Shown here one piece after another: positions 37,266 to 47,273 of a DNA stretch of 62,550 nucleotides (within the stretch, counting starts at the first letter, position 1; each line of letters opens with the position of its first letter). Location of the stretch: positions 62,001 to 124,550 of IMG/VR virus record IMGVR_UViG_3300013093_000023; one strand, written 5' to 3'. This DNA comes from an uncultured virus (IMG/VR IMGVR_UViG_3300013093_000023) (lineage: Duplodnaviria; Heunggongvirae; Uroviricota; Caudoviricetes). Both the position numbers and the translations under genes were made by a program. A model generated the notes under the pieces. The model was not told the origin of the DNA. It made no database searches and saw only the letters and a program-made list of their open reading frames with translations.

Positions 37266-38052
37266 AGGCATCATTATATTTGCCTTCAATACGCAGGTAG
37301 ACTACGTGTCTATAGCTGACCTAACAAGTCGTTTGGCTGCACACAATCTCCAATTACCAATTACCTTAGTAACAGATGATACTACTACGCCCACGTTTGC
37401 CTATGATCAAATAATTCGTATCAATCCTGAACGTGCGACTTTTAGAATCAACGATGGTAAAGAAATAGCCTGGCGCAATCGGGGAAGATACAATGCCTAT
37501 GAACTAAGTCCATACGACACAACTATATTGCTTGATGTTGACTATCTAATGTTAGACAATAGTCTATTAAAAATAGCAGACACAGTTCAAGACTATAGAT
37601 TAATGCATCACAACACCACAGACATTGGGCCGGCCTATGAAGAAATGGGCGAAACTAGTTTACCATTTGTATGGGCTACAGTAGTTGTATTTAAAAAAAC
37701 TGAACGCAGTCAAATGTTGTTTAATCTAGTAGGAAAGATACAACGTAATTATCACTACTATAGAGAATTATATAATATACGTGAAGGCAATTATCGCAAT
37801 GACTACGCATTTGCTATTGCTAACAATATTCTCAGTGGATACAACTTAAATGAATCACAGAGTATTCCGTGGCCTATGTACACAGCAGATCAAAAGATAG
37901 AACGTATTGTAACGACTGCTACTCAGGTTAGAATCTATTACGATAAATCAGCTACAGTAGTACCACGTATGAATATACACGTAATCGACAAAGAGTATTT
38001 ACAAAGTGATAACTTTCGACAGGTAGTGGAGGCAATAGTTGAGCCAACATAA
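37234..38052 (+). CDS. GT-A fold glycosyltransferase-like protein (GT8-like)
   Basis: YELSPYDTTILLDVDYL with DXD; WATVVVFKK. Confidence 0.65.
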   Translation: MANSNVSAKSKGIIIFAFNTQVDYVSIADLTSRLAAHNLQLPITLVTDDTTTPTFAYDQIIRINPERATFRINDGKEIAWRNRGRYNAYELSPYDTTILLDVDYLMLDNSLLKIADTVQDYRLMHHNTTDIGPAYEEMGETSLPFVWATVVVFKKTERSQMLFNLVGKIQRNYHYYRELYNIREGNYRNDYAFAIANNILSGYNLNESQSIPWPMYTADQKIERIVTTATQVRIYYDKSATVVPRMNIHVIDKEYLQSDNFRQVVEAIVEPT

Positions 38053-38890
38053 AGAACAACAGGGTTTTGTTACTTTCGCACAAAACACAGACACAGTAGA
38101 TTATTTGGAGCTGGCATATCTGCAGGCTCTTAATGTTAAAGCAACACAAAAGAATAACCAATACGCAGTAATTGTTGACACAGCAACTGAGGAGAAAATT
38201 AATGATAGCCATCGTCGTGTTTTTGATTATATTATTCGTGTTCCCTATGACAATAATAATGCTTCCTCTAATTGGAAGCTGGGCAATGAATATCAGGTTT
38301 TTAATCTCACACCGTTTAAAGAAACTATTAAATTAGAAAGTGACTTACTGTTTACTCGCAGTATTGACCATTGGTGGACAGCCTTTAGATTAAAAGATTT
38401 ATGTTTAAGCACACACGCTAGAAACTATAGAGATTTAATATCCGGTGTAAGAAAATATCGGCGTGTGTTTGACGACAATGAATTGCCAGACGTATATAAC
38501 GGACTGATGTATTTTAGATACAGTCGTGATGGCGCTAACTTTTTTAAAGTAGCCGAAGTATTACACCGTAACTGGCATCATATAAAAAATGAAATCTTAG
38601 TAAACTGTAGAGAAGATAATCCCAGCACTGATGTACTGTATGCGCTGGCCGCAATGATAGTGGGAGTTGAAACCTGTACAATGCCCGGGATGGATTTTAT
38701 TAATTTTGTACATATGAAATCAGAATTCAATGGGTGGTTAGATGCTCGTAGTTGGGTGGATACAGTTTTATATGAACAAGAAGGTGATGTTATTCGCATA
38801 AACAATTTAAATCAGTTAAGCCCAGTACACTACTATGATAAAAATTTTGCTACTAAAGAATTAATCGAGTACTATGAATCAAGAATTTGA
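38039..38890 (+). CDS. GT-A fold glycosyltransferase-like protein (paralog of the previous gene)
   Basis: LTPFKETIKLESDLLF (EXD), YNGLMYF, FVHMK. Confidence 0.6.
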   Translation: MSQHKEQQGFVTFAQNTDTVDYLELAYLQALNVKATQKNNQYAVIVDTATEEKINDSHRRVFDYIIRVPYDNNNASSNWKLGNEYQVFNLTPFKETIKLESDLLFTRSIDHWWTAFRLKDLCLSTHARNYRDLISGVRKYRRVFDDNELPDVYNGLMYFRYSRDGANFFKVAEVLHRNWHHIKNEILVNCREDNPSTDVLYALAAMIVGVETCTMPGMDFINFVHMKSEFNGWLDARSWVDTVLYEQEGDVIRINNLNQLSPVHYYDKNFATKELIEYYESRI

Positions 38891-39224
38891 ACTTGAAATC
38901 GAACGGTTATTGGAACCAATTCGGCCACCTGCGATTGAATATAGGCTTTACTATAATGAGGATGGCAACATTACGGCCTGTACAATGATAGAAGATCCTG
39001 CTATAATTGGATCTTATATTGTGGTTGATAAAGAAACGTACGATAATTATTTTCGATATACTGTAGTAGATGGAAAATTAAAAAAGTTTGAATCTGACGC
39101 ACAGTACCGAGTAAAATTACGCAAGTCTACACAAGGACTAGCAGTTGTAAAAAATCATGCCGGCATTATACTAGAGTCTGGCGATGAATACCAAGATATA
39201 GAATATTATGAACGAATTAATTGA
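38874..39224 (+). CDS. Hypothetical protein
   Basis: Overlaps both neighbours in the operon. Confidence 0.65.
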   Translation: MNQEFELEIERLLEPIRPPAIEYRLYYNEDGNITACTMIEDPAIIGSYIVVDKETYDNYFRYTVVDGKLKKFESDAQYRVKLRKSTQGLAVVKNHAGIILESGDEYQDIEYYERIN

Positions 39225-40101
39225 CGTAGCAGATTTAGATTGTATATACTTAACATACGATGAACCTAAAAAAGAAGAACACTGGATACAGATCCAAAAC
39301 ATGGTGCCCTGGGCCAAACGAGTCGATGGAGTTAAAGGTAGTGATGCCGCTCACAAAGCGGCTGCCGATGCTAGTGATACAGACCGGTTTGTGCTTATTG
39401 ATGGCGATAACATTCCAGATAGTAATTTTTTCAACCTGCAATTGGTTCTTGACAATACCAATCGCGATTGCGTATTTCGCTGGCGGGCTCGCAACGCTAT
39501 TAACGGACTGATGTATGGCAACGGCGGACTTAGCTGTTGGACTAGAGATTTTATCTACAGTATGCGTACACACGAAAACTCAGATGGTACGGCAGAAAAT
39601 GATGTAGAGTTTTGTTTTTATCCTAACTACTGGGCAATGGCTGATTGCTATAGTGTAACATATCCTAATGCTACTCCATTTCAGGCCTGGCGTGCCGGGT
39701 TCCGTGAAGGTGTTAAGATGTGTTTAGATCGCGGCAGTCTTCCTAATATGACAGAATTTGAATCGCGTGTAAACAATCGTAACTATGATAATCTTTGTAT
39801 ATGGCAAAGTGTAGGCGCAGATGCCGACAACGGCTTTTGGGCAATATATGGAGCACGTCTTGGTACGTTTATGACTATGATAGAAGGTTGGAACTATCGA
39901 GACGTACAAGATTTTGATGTGCTGGCTAGACTATGGGAAAGTTTTAGTAAAGATGGCGCAGATGAATGCCGTAGCGTTGGTGATATACTACGTAAGCGTT
40001 TAAGTTTATCTATAGTAGATATGGATCCAGAAGAAAGCAGATTCTTCAAACATCATTATAAATCAACATTTAAAAATCAAGGGCCGATGGTTCGTGAGTA
40101 A
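39208..40101 (+). CDS. Glycosyltransferase-like protein (GT-A, DXD)
   Basis: YDEP, GVKGSDAAHKAAA, FVLIDGDN, NGLMYGNGG, AWRAGFREGVKM. Confidence 0.6.
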   Translation: MNELIDVADLDCIYLTYDEPKKEEHWIQIQNMVPWAKRVDGVKGSDAAHKAAADASDTDRFVLIDGDNIPDSNFFNLQLVLDNTNRDCVFRWRARNAINGLMYGNGGLSCWTRDFIYSMRTHENSDGTAENDVEFCFYPNYWAMADCYSVTYPNATPFQAWRAGFREGVKMCLDRGSLPNMTEFESRVNNRNYDNLCIWQSVGADADNGFWAIYGARLGTFMTMIEGWNYRDVQDFDVLARLWESFSKDGADECRSVGDILRKRLSLSIVDMDPEESRFFKHHYKSTFKNQGPMVRE

Positions 40102-41479
40102 ATCAGACTTTATGTCTGCCGCAGAGCAGATGCAAGAAAAACTAGGAACTGCTTTATGTTTGGCTAAGTGGAAACAGGTTAGCCTACATTTAGCCACAGG
40201 GTTAAATAATAGCTGTTACCATCCACCATTGCATCCAATTGACGCCAGTGTATTAAAAGACAATCCTGGCGCACTACACAACACCGAGCATAAGAAACAG
40301 CAACGTGTTATTATGCTTAAGAATGAACGTCCCGGCGAATGTAGTTATTGCTGGACACAAGAGGATTTAGGAAACCTAAGTGACAGACACTACAGATCGG
40401 GAGAGCCATGGGCGGCCGAAGACTATGATAAAATTAGAACAAGTACCGGAAATGAAACGGATGTTATTCCGTCGTACGTCGAGGTTAACTTCAACCATGC
40501 GTGTAATCTGCGATGTAGTTATTGTAGCCCTCAGTTTAGTAGTAAGTGGATGGAGGAAGTGGATCGATGGGGCGGATACCCAACCAGTACGATACATAAT
40601 GATCCCCGCCATTTTGTTGGCAATCGGCGCCCTATACCTGCTTCCCAAGATAATCCTTATGTCGATGCATTTTGGGAATGGTGGCCAACCCTTTATCCAC
40701 AACTAAAACATTTCCGTATGACTGGTGGTGAGCCACTAATGGACAAGAATACCTATAGAGTATTTGACTATGTACTAGCACTACCTAATCCAGAATTACA
40801 TTTGAATGTTACCAGTAACTTTAGTGTAGAAGATAACTTAATGAACAAGTATCTTGACTATGTAAAACAATTATGTTCTACACAAATTGAACATTTTATG
40901 CAGTATGTTAGTGTAGACTCTGGCGACATACGACACGCTGAGTATATACGGCACGGACTCAATATGAATCGACTACACGAGAATGTCAATAGATTCTTAA
41001 CAGAAATTCCGCACCGTAATAGTCTTACATTTATTATTACTATGAATAATCTAAGTGTACTCGGACTACAACGACAATTAAATTGGATTCTTGAATTACG
41101 TAAAAAGTACAGCACTACATATCAACGTGTTTGGTTTGATACTCCGCTACTACGCACACCGACCTGGCAAAGTCTACAAATATTGCCACCTGTGTATGCG
41201 GGTGTATTAGAACGTGTAGCTGACTGGATGGAACTTAATTTAGAAACACCAGACGATCCATTCCACGGATTCAAAGACTACGAAGTACAACGTATGCGTC
41301 GTGATATAGATTGGATGCGAGAAGGTTGTAATTTAGATCCAAAATATGTTAAACTACAACGAGCTGACTTTTATCGTTTCTTTAATGCTCACGATACTCG
41401 TCGACAAACTGATTTTTTAGCAACCTTTCCTGAAATGAAAGAATTTTGGGATGAATGTAGATACCATGCCCAGAACTAA
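40094..41479 (+). CDS. Radical SAM protein with N-terminal Twitch/SPASM-like domain (1)
   Basis: CNLRCSYC, GGEP; N-terminal C..SCYH..CSYC. Confidence 0.9.
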   Translation: MSKSDFMSAAEQMQEKLGTALCLAKWKQVSLHLATGLNNSCYHPPLHPIDASVLKDNPGALHNTEHKKQQRVIMLKNERPGECSYCWTQEDLGNLSDRHYRSGEPWAAEDYDKIRTSTGNETDVIPSYVEVNFNHACNLRCSYCSPQFSSKWMEEVDRWGGYPTSTIHNDPRHFVGNRRPIPASQDNPYVDAFWEWWPTLYPQLKHFRMTGGEPLMDKNTYRVFDYVLALPNPELHLNVTSNFSVEDNLMNKYLDYVKQLCSTQIEHFMQYVSVDSGDIRHAEYIRHGLNMNRLHENVNRFLTEIPHRNSLTFIITMNNLSVLGLQRQLNWILELRKKYSTTYQRVWFDTPLLRTPTWQSLQILPPVYAGVLERVADWMELNLETPDDPFHGFKDYEVQRMRRDIDWMREGCNLDPKYVKLQRADFYRFFNAHDTRRQTDFLATFPEMKEFWDECRYHAQN

Positions 41480-42815
41480 TAACGAGACAGATTTAGAATA
41501 CAAACGCCGTGTAATTGACATTAAGTCAGAGTCGTTCTGCGGCGCAAAATGGTATAACGCTACTATATGGTTAGGATCGGGACAAACTACTAGTTGTCAT
41601 CACCCACTACCACATCAGGTCAGTGTTGAGGACGTAATAAATAATCCTAAAGCACTACATAATACGCCAAAGAAAAAAGCCGAACGCAAACAAATGCAAC
41701 AAGGCGAACGCCCAGGCGGTTGCGAGTACTGCTGGAAAATAGAGGACATAGGCCGTGATAACATCAGCGACAGAGTATATAAAACAGTTATCTATTCAGA
41801 CGAAGACCTGGATAGCGCATACCAATTGGATTCAAATGCAGACGTTGATTTACAAACTTTGGAAATCGCATTCGATCGTACCTGTAATTTTGCTTGTTCC
41901 TACTGTAACCCTGCTTTCAGCTCAACTTGGGTTAATGATTTGGATCGCAACGGCCCTTATGTGGAATTGGTTAGTGATGGCAGAAATCATTTTACTCACA
42001 ATCATTCTAGCAGTCAGCTTTACAAGTTTAATCAACAGAATCCTTATGTTGATGCCTTCTTTAAATGGTGGGAATCAGACCTCCACAGAACACTAAAAGA
42101 ACTCAGACTAACCGGCGGTGAGCCTCTTATGAGTGGTGATACCTGGCGATTACTAGACTGGTTTAAAAACAACAATACAGACATAAAGTTTGCTATGAAC
42201 AGCAATCTTGGCGCCAAGGACGATCTAATTGATCGACTAATAGATGCTACACACAGCATCAAGCATTTTCATTTGTATACCAGTAATGAATCAATAAGCC
42301 AACAAAGCGAATACATACGTGATGGGTTAGTCTGGGACGATTGGGCTAACAACGTAGAAAAAGTACTAACCAATGGCAAGTTAGAAGGCTTCCATATGAT
42401 GTGTACTATTAATGCCTTGTGTCTAGATACGCTAGACAGCTTCTTAGACTGCTGTTTAAATTGGAAACGTGAATACGGACGAGACTTCCCAACCTTTAGT
42501 TTGAATATCCTGCGCTTCCCTAGTTTTCAGAGCCCATTGGTTCTACCTGATAATTTGCGTACACACTATAAAATTAGACTACAAGATTGGTTAGATGCTA
42601 ATCGCGATGATCCGATGTTACATCAATTTGAAATCAATCAACTACAAAGATTAATTGACTATCTTGATGTAGTTAAAACTCCGCATATGGGCGCCGCAGA
42701 ACAATCAGTACTACAACAAGACTTTAAAAAGTTTTATACACAATACGACCAACGCAGAGGTAAAAACTTTACAGAAGCATTTCCGGCATTGGCCAATTGG
42801 TACACAACACTATGA
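41466..42815 (+). CDS. Radical SAM protein with N-terminal Twitch/SPASM-like domain (2)
   Basis: CNFACSYC, GGEP; N-terminal C..SCHH..CEYC; start may be 41451 or 41466. Confidence 0.9.
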   Translation: MPRTNNETDLEYKRRVIDIKSESFCGAKWYNATIWLGSGQTTSCHHPLPHQVSVEDVINNPKALHNTPKKKAERKQMQQGERPGGCEYCWKIEDIGRDNISDRVYKTVIYSDEDLDSAYQLDSNADVDLQTLEIAFDRTCNFACSYCNPAFSSTWVNDLDRNGPYVELVSDGRNHFTHNHSSSQLYKFNQQNPYVDAFFKWWESDLHRTLKELRLTGGEPLMSGDTWRLLDWFKNNNTDIKFAMNSNLGAKDDLIDRLIDATHSIKHFHLYTSNESISQQSEYIRDGLVWDDWANNVEKVLTNGKLEGFHMMCTINALCLDTLDSFLDCCLNWKREYGRDFPTFSLNILRFPSFQSPLVLPDNLRTHYKIRLQDWLDANRDDPMLHQFEINQLQRLIDYLDVVKTPHMGAAEQSVLQQDFKKFYTQYDQRRGKNFTEAFPALANWYTTL

Positions 42816-44128
42816 GCAAAGACTTTTATAACAAAGGTTATGACTATATGGCTCGTAAGCCATATTTCATTGAACGTGAAGATTTAACTCCACGCCAATG
42901 GCAGTTGTTGACCGAAAGCGATCGTTTTTGTATGTTGCCGTGGGTACATTTACACGCCTTTCCGGATGGTCGTGCTTATCCTTGTTGTTTAAGTGACTAT
43001 TGGCATCCAGTAGGAGACCTACGTAAAAATACCATGGAAGAAGTATGGAATCAAGATCCATACAAAACAATGCGTAAGAATATGCTTACTGAACGTGAGT
43101 GTAAAGAGTGTACAAAATGCTATGAGCAGGAAGCCAATGGTTTCTTTAGTATGCGTAACGACGCCAATCGTAATTACGGACATCACATAGCCGAAGCAGA
43201 AAGAACAGAAGAAGATGGAACAAACCCCGAATTTAAAATACGTTATTGGGACGTCAGGTTTAGCAACTTATGTAATTTTAGTTGCCGTAGCTGTGGTCCT
43301 ATTTTTAGTTCAAATTGGTATAACGATCACGTAAAGTTATATAATCGTAAACCCGATGTATTGGGCCGCGATATGCTACGTGTAGAGTATGCCGCAGGTG
43401 ATGAAGATGATATGATACGTCAAATGATGCCACACGTTCCGCATCTGGAGCAGGTATACTTTGCCGGTGGCGAGCCACTAATCATGAAAGAGCATTACTT
43501 CCTGCTAGAAAAGTTAGAAGAACTTGATAAAACAGACGTGCGTATTCAATACAATACTAACTTCAGTGAACTACGCTATAAAGACAAACACGTATTTGAC
43601 TACTGGCGCAAATTTAAAAATGTCAGTGTGGGTGCTAGTTTAGATGCCAGTGGAGCTAGAGCGGAGCTGATGCGTAAAGGAACTGACTGGGCACAGGCTG
43701 TAGATAATCGTCAACGCATGATTCAAGAAGTCCCGCACGTAGACTTTTACATTAGCGCCACGGTTAGCGCAATGAATATCTTACACGTATTAGACTTCCA
43801 TAGAGAGTGGACAGAATTAGGATTAATTAGAGCACAGGACTTTAATGTAAACATTTGCCAAAGTCCTGAATGGTATCGCGTTGATATATTTCCAGAAGAG
43901 TTTAAGAAAAATGTTATTGTTCCAGCATATGAACAACATATTGCTTGGTTAGAGCCACAAGACAAACTACGTCGTGCTACAAATGGATTTAAGTCAGCGT
44001 TAAACTTTATACAGGCCAACGACCAACATCAACATTGGCCACGTTTTGTAGAAGAGTGTGCTAAATTAGATCGTATACGTGGAGAAGACTTTTGGGCAAC
44101 GTTCCCGGAGTTTGACAGCCTAAAATGA
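42812..44128 (+). CDS. Radical SAM protein with N-terminal Twitch/SPASM-like domain (3)
   Basis: CNFSCRSC, GGEP; CMLPW..G.AYPCC..CTKC; ATGA overlap at 42812. Confidence 0.9.
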   Translation: MSKDFYNKGYDYMARKPYFIEREDLTPRQWQLLTESDRFCMLPWVHLHAFPDGRAYPCCLSDYWHPVGDLRKNTMEEVWNQDPYKTMRKNMLTERECKECTKCYEQEANGFFSMRNDANRNYGHHIAEAERTEEDGTNPEFKIRYWDVRFSNLCNFSCRSCGPIFSSNWYNDHVKLYNRKPDVLGRDMLRVEYAAGDEDDMIRQMMPHVPHLEQVYFAGGEPLIMKEHYFLLEKLEELDKTDVRIQYNTNFSELRYKDKHVFDYWRKFKNVSVGASLDASGARAELMRKGTDWAQAVDNRQRMIQEVPHVDFYISATVSAMNILHVLDFHREWTELGLIRAQDFNVNICQSPEWYRVDIFPEEFKKNVIVPAYEQHIAWLEPQDKLRRATNGFKSALNFIQANDQHQHWPRFVEECAKLDRIRGEDFWATFPEFDSLK

Positions 44129-45126
44129 TAGACTACCAAGATATACGTTCGGTACATTTTGAGATTAGTACTAGATGTAATAGTACCTGTCCTGATTGTC
44201 CGCGTAACTTTCGCGGTGCCAATGTAATAGACACTTACCCCGTAGTAGATATGAGTCTTAAAGATGCGAAGCGAGTATTTTCTCCTGCGTTCTTAGAACA
44301 GTTAGATCATATTACTATAAATGGTAACTACGGAGATTTTGTTACCGCACGTGATGGGCTTGCTATTGTTGAATACTTTAGATCTAGTAATCCCGGGCTA
44401 CGCATAGAAATCAGCACCAATGGTAGTGCTCAGCCTAACTTATGGGAACCACTGGCACGTACCGGTGCTCGTGTGTATTTTAGATTAGATGGACTAAAGG
44501 ATACACATCATTTATATCGCCAAGGTACTGACTTTGATTTTATATTAAAAAATGCCGGTAAGTTTATTGCCGCTGGTGGCGAAGCAGTTTGGTCAATGAT
44601 TGTGTTTGATCATAATCGTCATCAGGTTGCCGAAGCACGACAAATGAGTAAAGATCTGGGATTTTGTGAATTTGATGAAGTATATGCTGGGCGTGACATT
44701 ATGCCGGTGTTTACCAATGATGGTCGATTGAGTCACGTGATTGGAGACTATCGTGGTAGCACAGATTTTAAACAATTATTTGAAACTTACAATTATTATA
44801 AAATAGATCCTAATGTTGCTGTACGAGCCGAAACTACTAGTCGCCCAATTGATTGTTATTCAAAACGCAGTCAAGAAGTCTATGTATGCGCCAATGGAGA
44901 AGTATATCCTTGTTGTTGGTTAGGTAACTATCCGACACACAGTTGTAGTCGTCCTAGCAACGCACAACTACAACCTTTAATTAAAAACAATAATGCCATC
45001 GAATACGGATTAGTACAGGCTATTGAATGGTTTAACGAAATAGAAAAAACCTGGGCAATCGATACTGTACCAAACGGAAAAATATATGAGTGTAATCAAA
45101 CCTGTGGAATTAAAACAGCTACCTAA
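44125..45126 (+). CDS. Radical SAM protein with C-terminal Twitch/SPASM domain (4)
   Basis: CNSTCPDC, STNG; C-terminal C..NGEVYPCC..CNQTC. Confidence 0.9.
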   Translation: MIDYQDIRSVHFEISTRCNSTCPDCPRNFRGANVIDTYPVVDMSLKDAKRVFSPAFLEQLDHITINGNYGDFVTARDGLAIVEYFRSSNPGLRIEISTNGSAQPNLWEPLARTGARVYFRLDGLKDTHHLYRQGTDFDFILKNAGKFIAAGGEAVWSMIVFDHNRHQVAEARQMSKDLGFCEFDEVYAGRDIMPVFTNDGRLSHVIGDYRGSTDFKQLFETYNYYKIDPNVAVRAETTSRPIDCYSKRSQEVYVCANGEVYPCCWLGNYPTHSCSRPSNAQLQPLIKNNNAIEYGLVQAIEWFNEIEKTWAIDTVPNGKIYECNQTCGIKTAT

Positions 45127-46333
45127 AACAATTTGTATGCTACCTTGGATGAGTATTGAAACTAGTCCAATGGGCACAGTACGTCCGTGCTGTATGGCGC
45201 ACGACGAAATAACCGATGCCAATGGCAAGAAATATGATCTAAATGAAACCACGATTGAAGAAGCGTACCACAGTGAATATATGCAAGATTTGCGTCGTCA
45301 ATTTAGGGCCGGGGTTAAGCCAAGCACCTGTAGCCGTTGTTGGGAAGAAGAAGCAGCCGGTCGCGATAGTAAGCGAATTCACAGTCAGGTTCGACTTAAA
45401 GAATTGTATAAACAGGTAGACTGGGCAAATGATGACCCTGATCAACTATGGTTTGTTGATCTGAAGTTGGGTAACATTTGTAATCTTAAATGTCGTATAT
45501 GTGGATCGTGGTCTAGTAGTAAGTGGGCTGAAGAAGAAATGAATTACTTAGAGCCAGGGCGTAATAAAAAAGAACATATTGCCTACACCTGGTTAAAGCA
45601 AGGTGCCTGGCCGCGCAAGACAACAACCTTTTGGGATAATATGCGTGATATAATTCCCAACATACGCTACTTTGAATTCACTGGTGGCGAGCCTTGGATG
45701 ATTGAAGAACATAAAGACTTATTAAAGTTTGCTTGCCAAACGGGCCATGCAAAACACATAGACATTCATTACAATACCAATGCTACTCAATGGGACACAA
45801 ACTTGTTTGATCTATGGGCAGAGTTTGGTCGTGTTGATGTTGCTTTTAGTATTGACAACGTAGGCGATCGCTTTGAGTATGAACGTTATGGTGCTAAGTG
45901 GGATCGTGCTAACGAAATCGTTGATGTAGTTAATAATATGACCAATCACCCTAGCCACGGTAACATTACTACACAGCTATGTTTTACGATTAATATACAA
46001 AATGTCTATTACTTAGATGAATTACTAGCCTGGGCTGATACAAAAAACTTTGGTAGCATTTACTTTAATATGCTACATAGTCCAGATCATATGAGCATAC
46101 AGCGTATGACTCCTCGAGCACAGGAACTTGTACTTGATAAATTAAAAACAACATTTTGGTCTAGCCACGTTTACCAAGAAGAAATTGATAGTGTTATTAA
46201 TTTTATCACTGCCGGTCCGGGTAGTGATGGGTCTGAGTTTTTACGTAAAATGAAACAAACAGATCAATACCGCCAACAAGATTTTCGTGACACACATCGT
46301 GAAATAGCTATTGCTATGGGCTATGAAGATTAA
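45086..46333 (+). CDS. Radical SAM protein with N-terminal Twitch/SPASM-like domain (5)
   Basis: CNLKCRIC, GGEP; CMLPW..PCC..CSRC. Confidence 0.9.
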   Translation: MSVIKPVELKQLPKTICMLPWMSIETSPMGTVRPCCMAHDEITDANGKKYDLNETTIEEAYHSEYMQDLRRQFRAGVKPSTCSRCWEEEAAGRDSKRIHSQVRLKELYKQVDWANDDPDQLWFVDLKLGNICNLKCRICGSWSSSKWAEEEMNYLEPGRNKKEHIAYTWLKQGAWPRKTTTFWDNMRDIIPNIRYFEFTGGEPWMIEEHKDLLKFACQTGHAKHIDIHYNTNATQWDTNLFDLWAEFGRVDVAFSIDNVGDRFEYERYGAKWDRANEIVDVVNNMTNHPSHGNITTQLCFTINIQNVYYLDELLAWADTKNFGSIYFNMLHSPDHMSIQRMTPRAQELVLDKLKTTFWSSHVYQEEIDSVINFITAGPGSDGSEFLRKMKQTDQYRQQDFRDTHREIAIAMGYED

Positions 46334-47273
46334 ACTCATACACCTAGACAACGACTTTGGTCGCGTCATCTATCCAGCGTTTCGCGAATGCTTTGATCCC
46401 CATTTTGAACTAGAACAGTATTCTGCTGAGCGTGACTATGATAAAGCCAGCACGGTGTTTGTATTAAATACTGCCCAGGATATGTATCTTAATAGTTTAG
46501 TAAGTGCCGGGTATAAAGTTTTAGTAGAAAATTTACAAGAGAACAGTATACCTTACGTAAATAGTTCTCCGTTGGTACGATATATGATCTGTGTTAATGA
46601 TCGTAGATTGCCCGAATCCTATATTACAGTTCCGTGGTTCTTTTGGTATAGAGAAAGTCGTTTATTTAATTACCAACATCTTGTACGAGAATCAAAATTT
46701 GATCGTAAATTTTTGTTGATGATGAATTACCAAAGATCCTTTAGAGATTACATACACGAAGCGTTCCAGGGCATTGCAGATCAAGGCCTGTATAGTTATG
46801 TCGACAGAGGAATCAGACTAGAAGGCGACATTGAACGCAGTACAAAACATTGGGATAGGTACATTAATCCCGATTGGTATAATCGCACACAGTTTAGCAT
46901 AGTAGTAGAAACAGCCGTTAGCCGCGGTCGTTTAGAAGTTTTTGTAACAGAAAAAACAATGAAGCCATTGGCACTACGGCACCCGTTTATAACTATTGCT
47001 TGCCCAACTACACTACATTTTATACGCGAAGGTGGATTTGAAACTTTTGGTAATTTATTTGATGAGCACTACGATCTGGTGTCTGATGATGAACGCAGAA
47101 TAGAACTAGTTTGGCGACAGGTTGTTGCTTACGATCATCAAGACTACTCTCATTTAACCAAAGAAAAGGTTGAATATAACTATCAAAGATTTTATAATAG
47201 AGCATTAGTCGATAAACGATTTACACAGGATATAGTATACCCAATATTAGAATTTGCCAATGAAAAAGCCTGA
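46323..47273 (+). CDS. Putative glycosyltransferase (GT10/GT-B-like C-terminus)
   Basis: FSIVVET...VTEKTMKP...PFI resembles the alpha-1,3-fucosyltransferase motif region; paralog of 53246-54400. Confidence 0.45.
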   Translation: MKIKLIHLDNDFGRVIYPAFRECFDPHFELEQYSAERDYDKASTVFVLNTAQDMYLNSLVSAGYKVLVENLQENSIPYVNSSPLVRYMICVNDRRLPESYITVPWFFWYRESRLFNYQHLVRESKFDRKFLLMMNYQRSFRDYIHEAFQGIADQGLYSYVDRGIRLEGDIERSTKHWDRYINPDWYNRTQFSIVVETAVSRGRLEVFVTEKTMKPLALRHPFITIACPTTLHFIREGGFETFGNLFDEHYDLVSDDERRIELVWRQVVAYDHQDYSHLTKEKVEYNYQRFYNRALVDKRFTQDIVYPILEFANEKA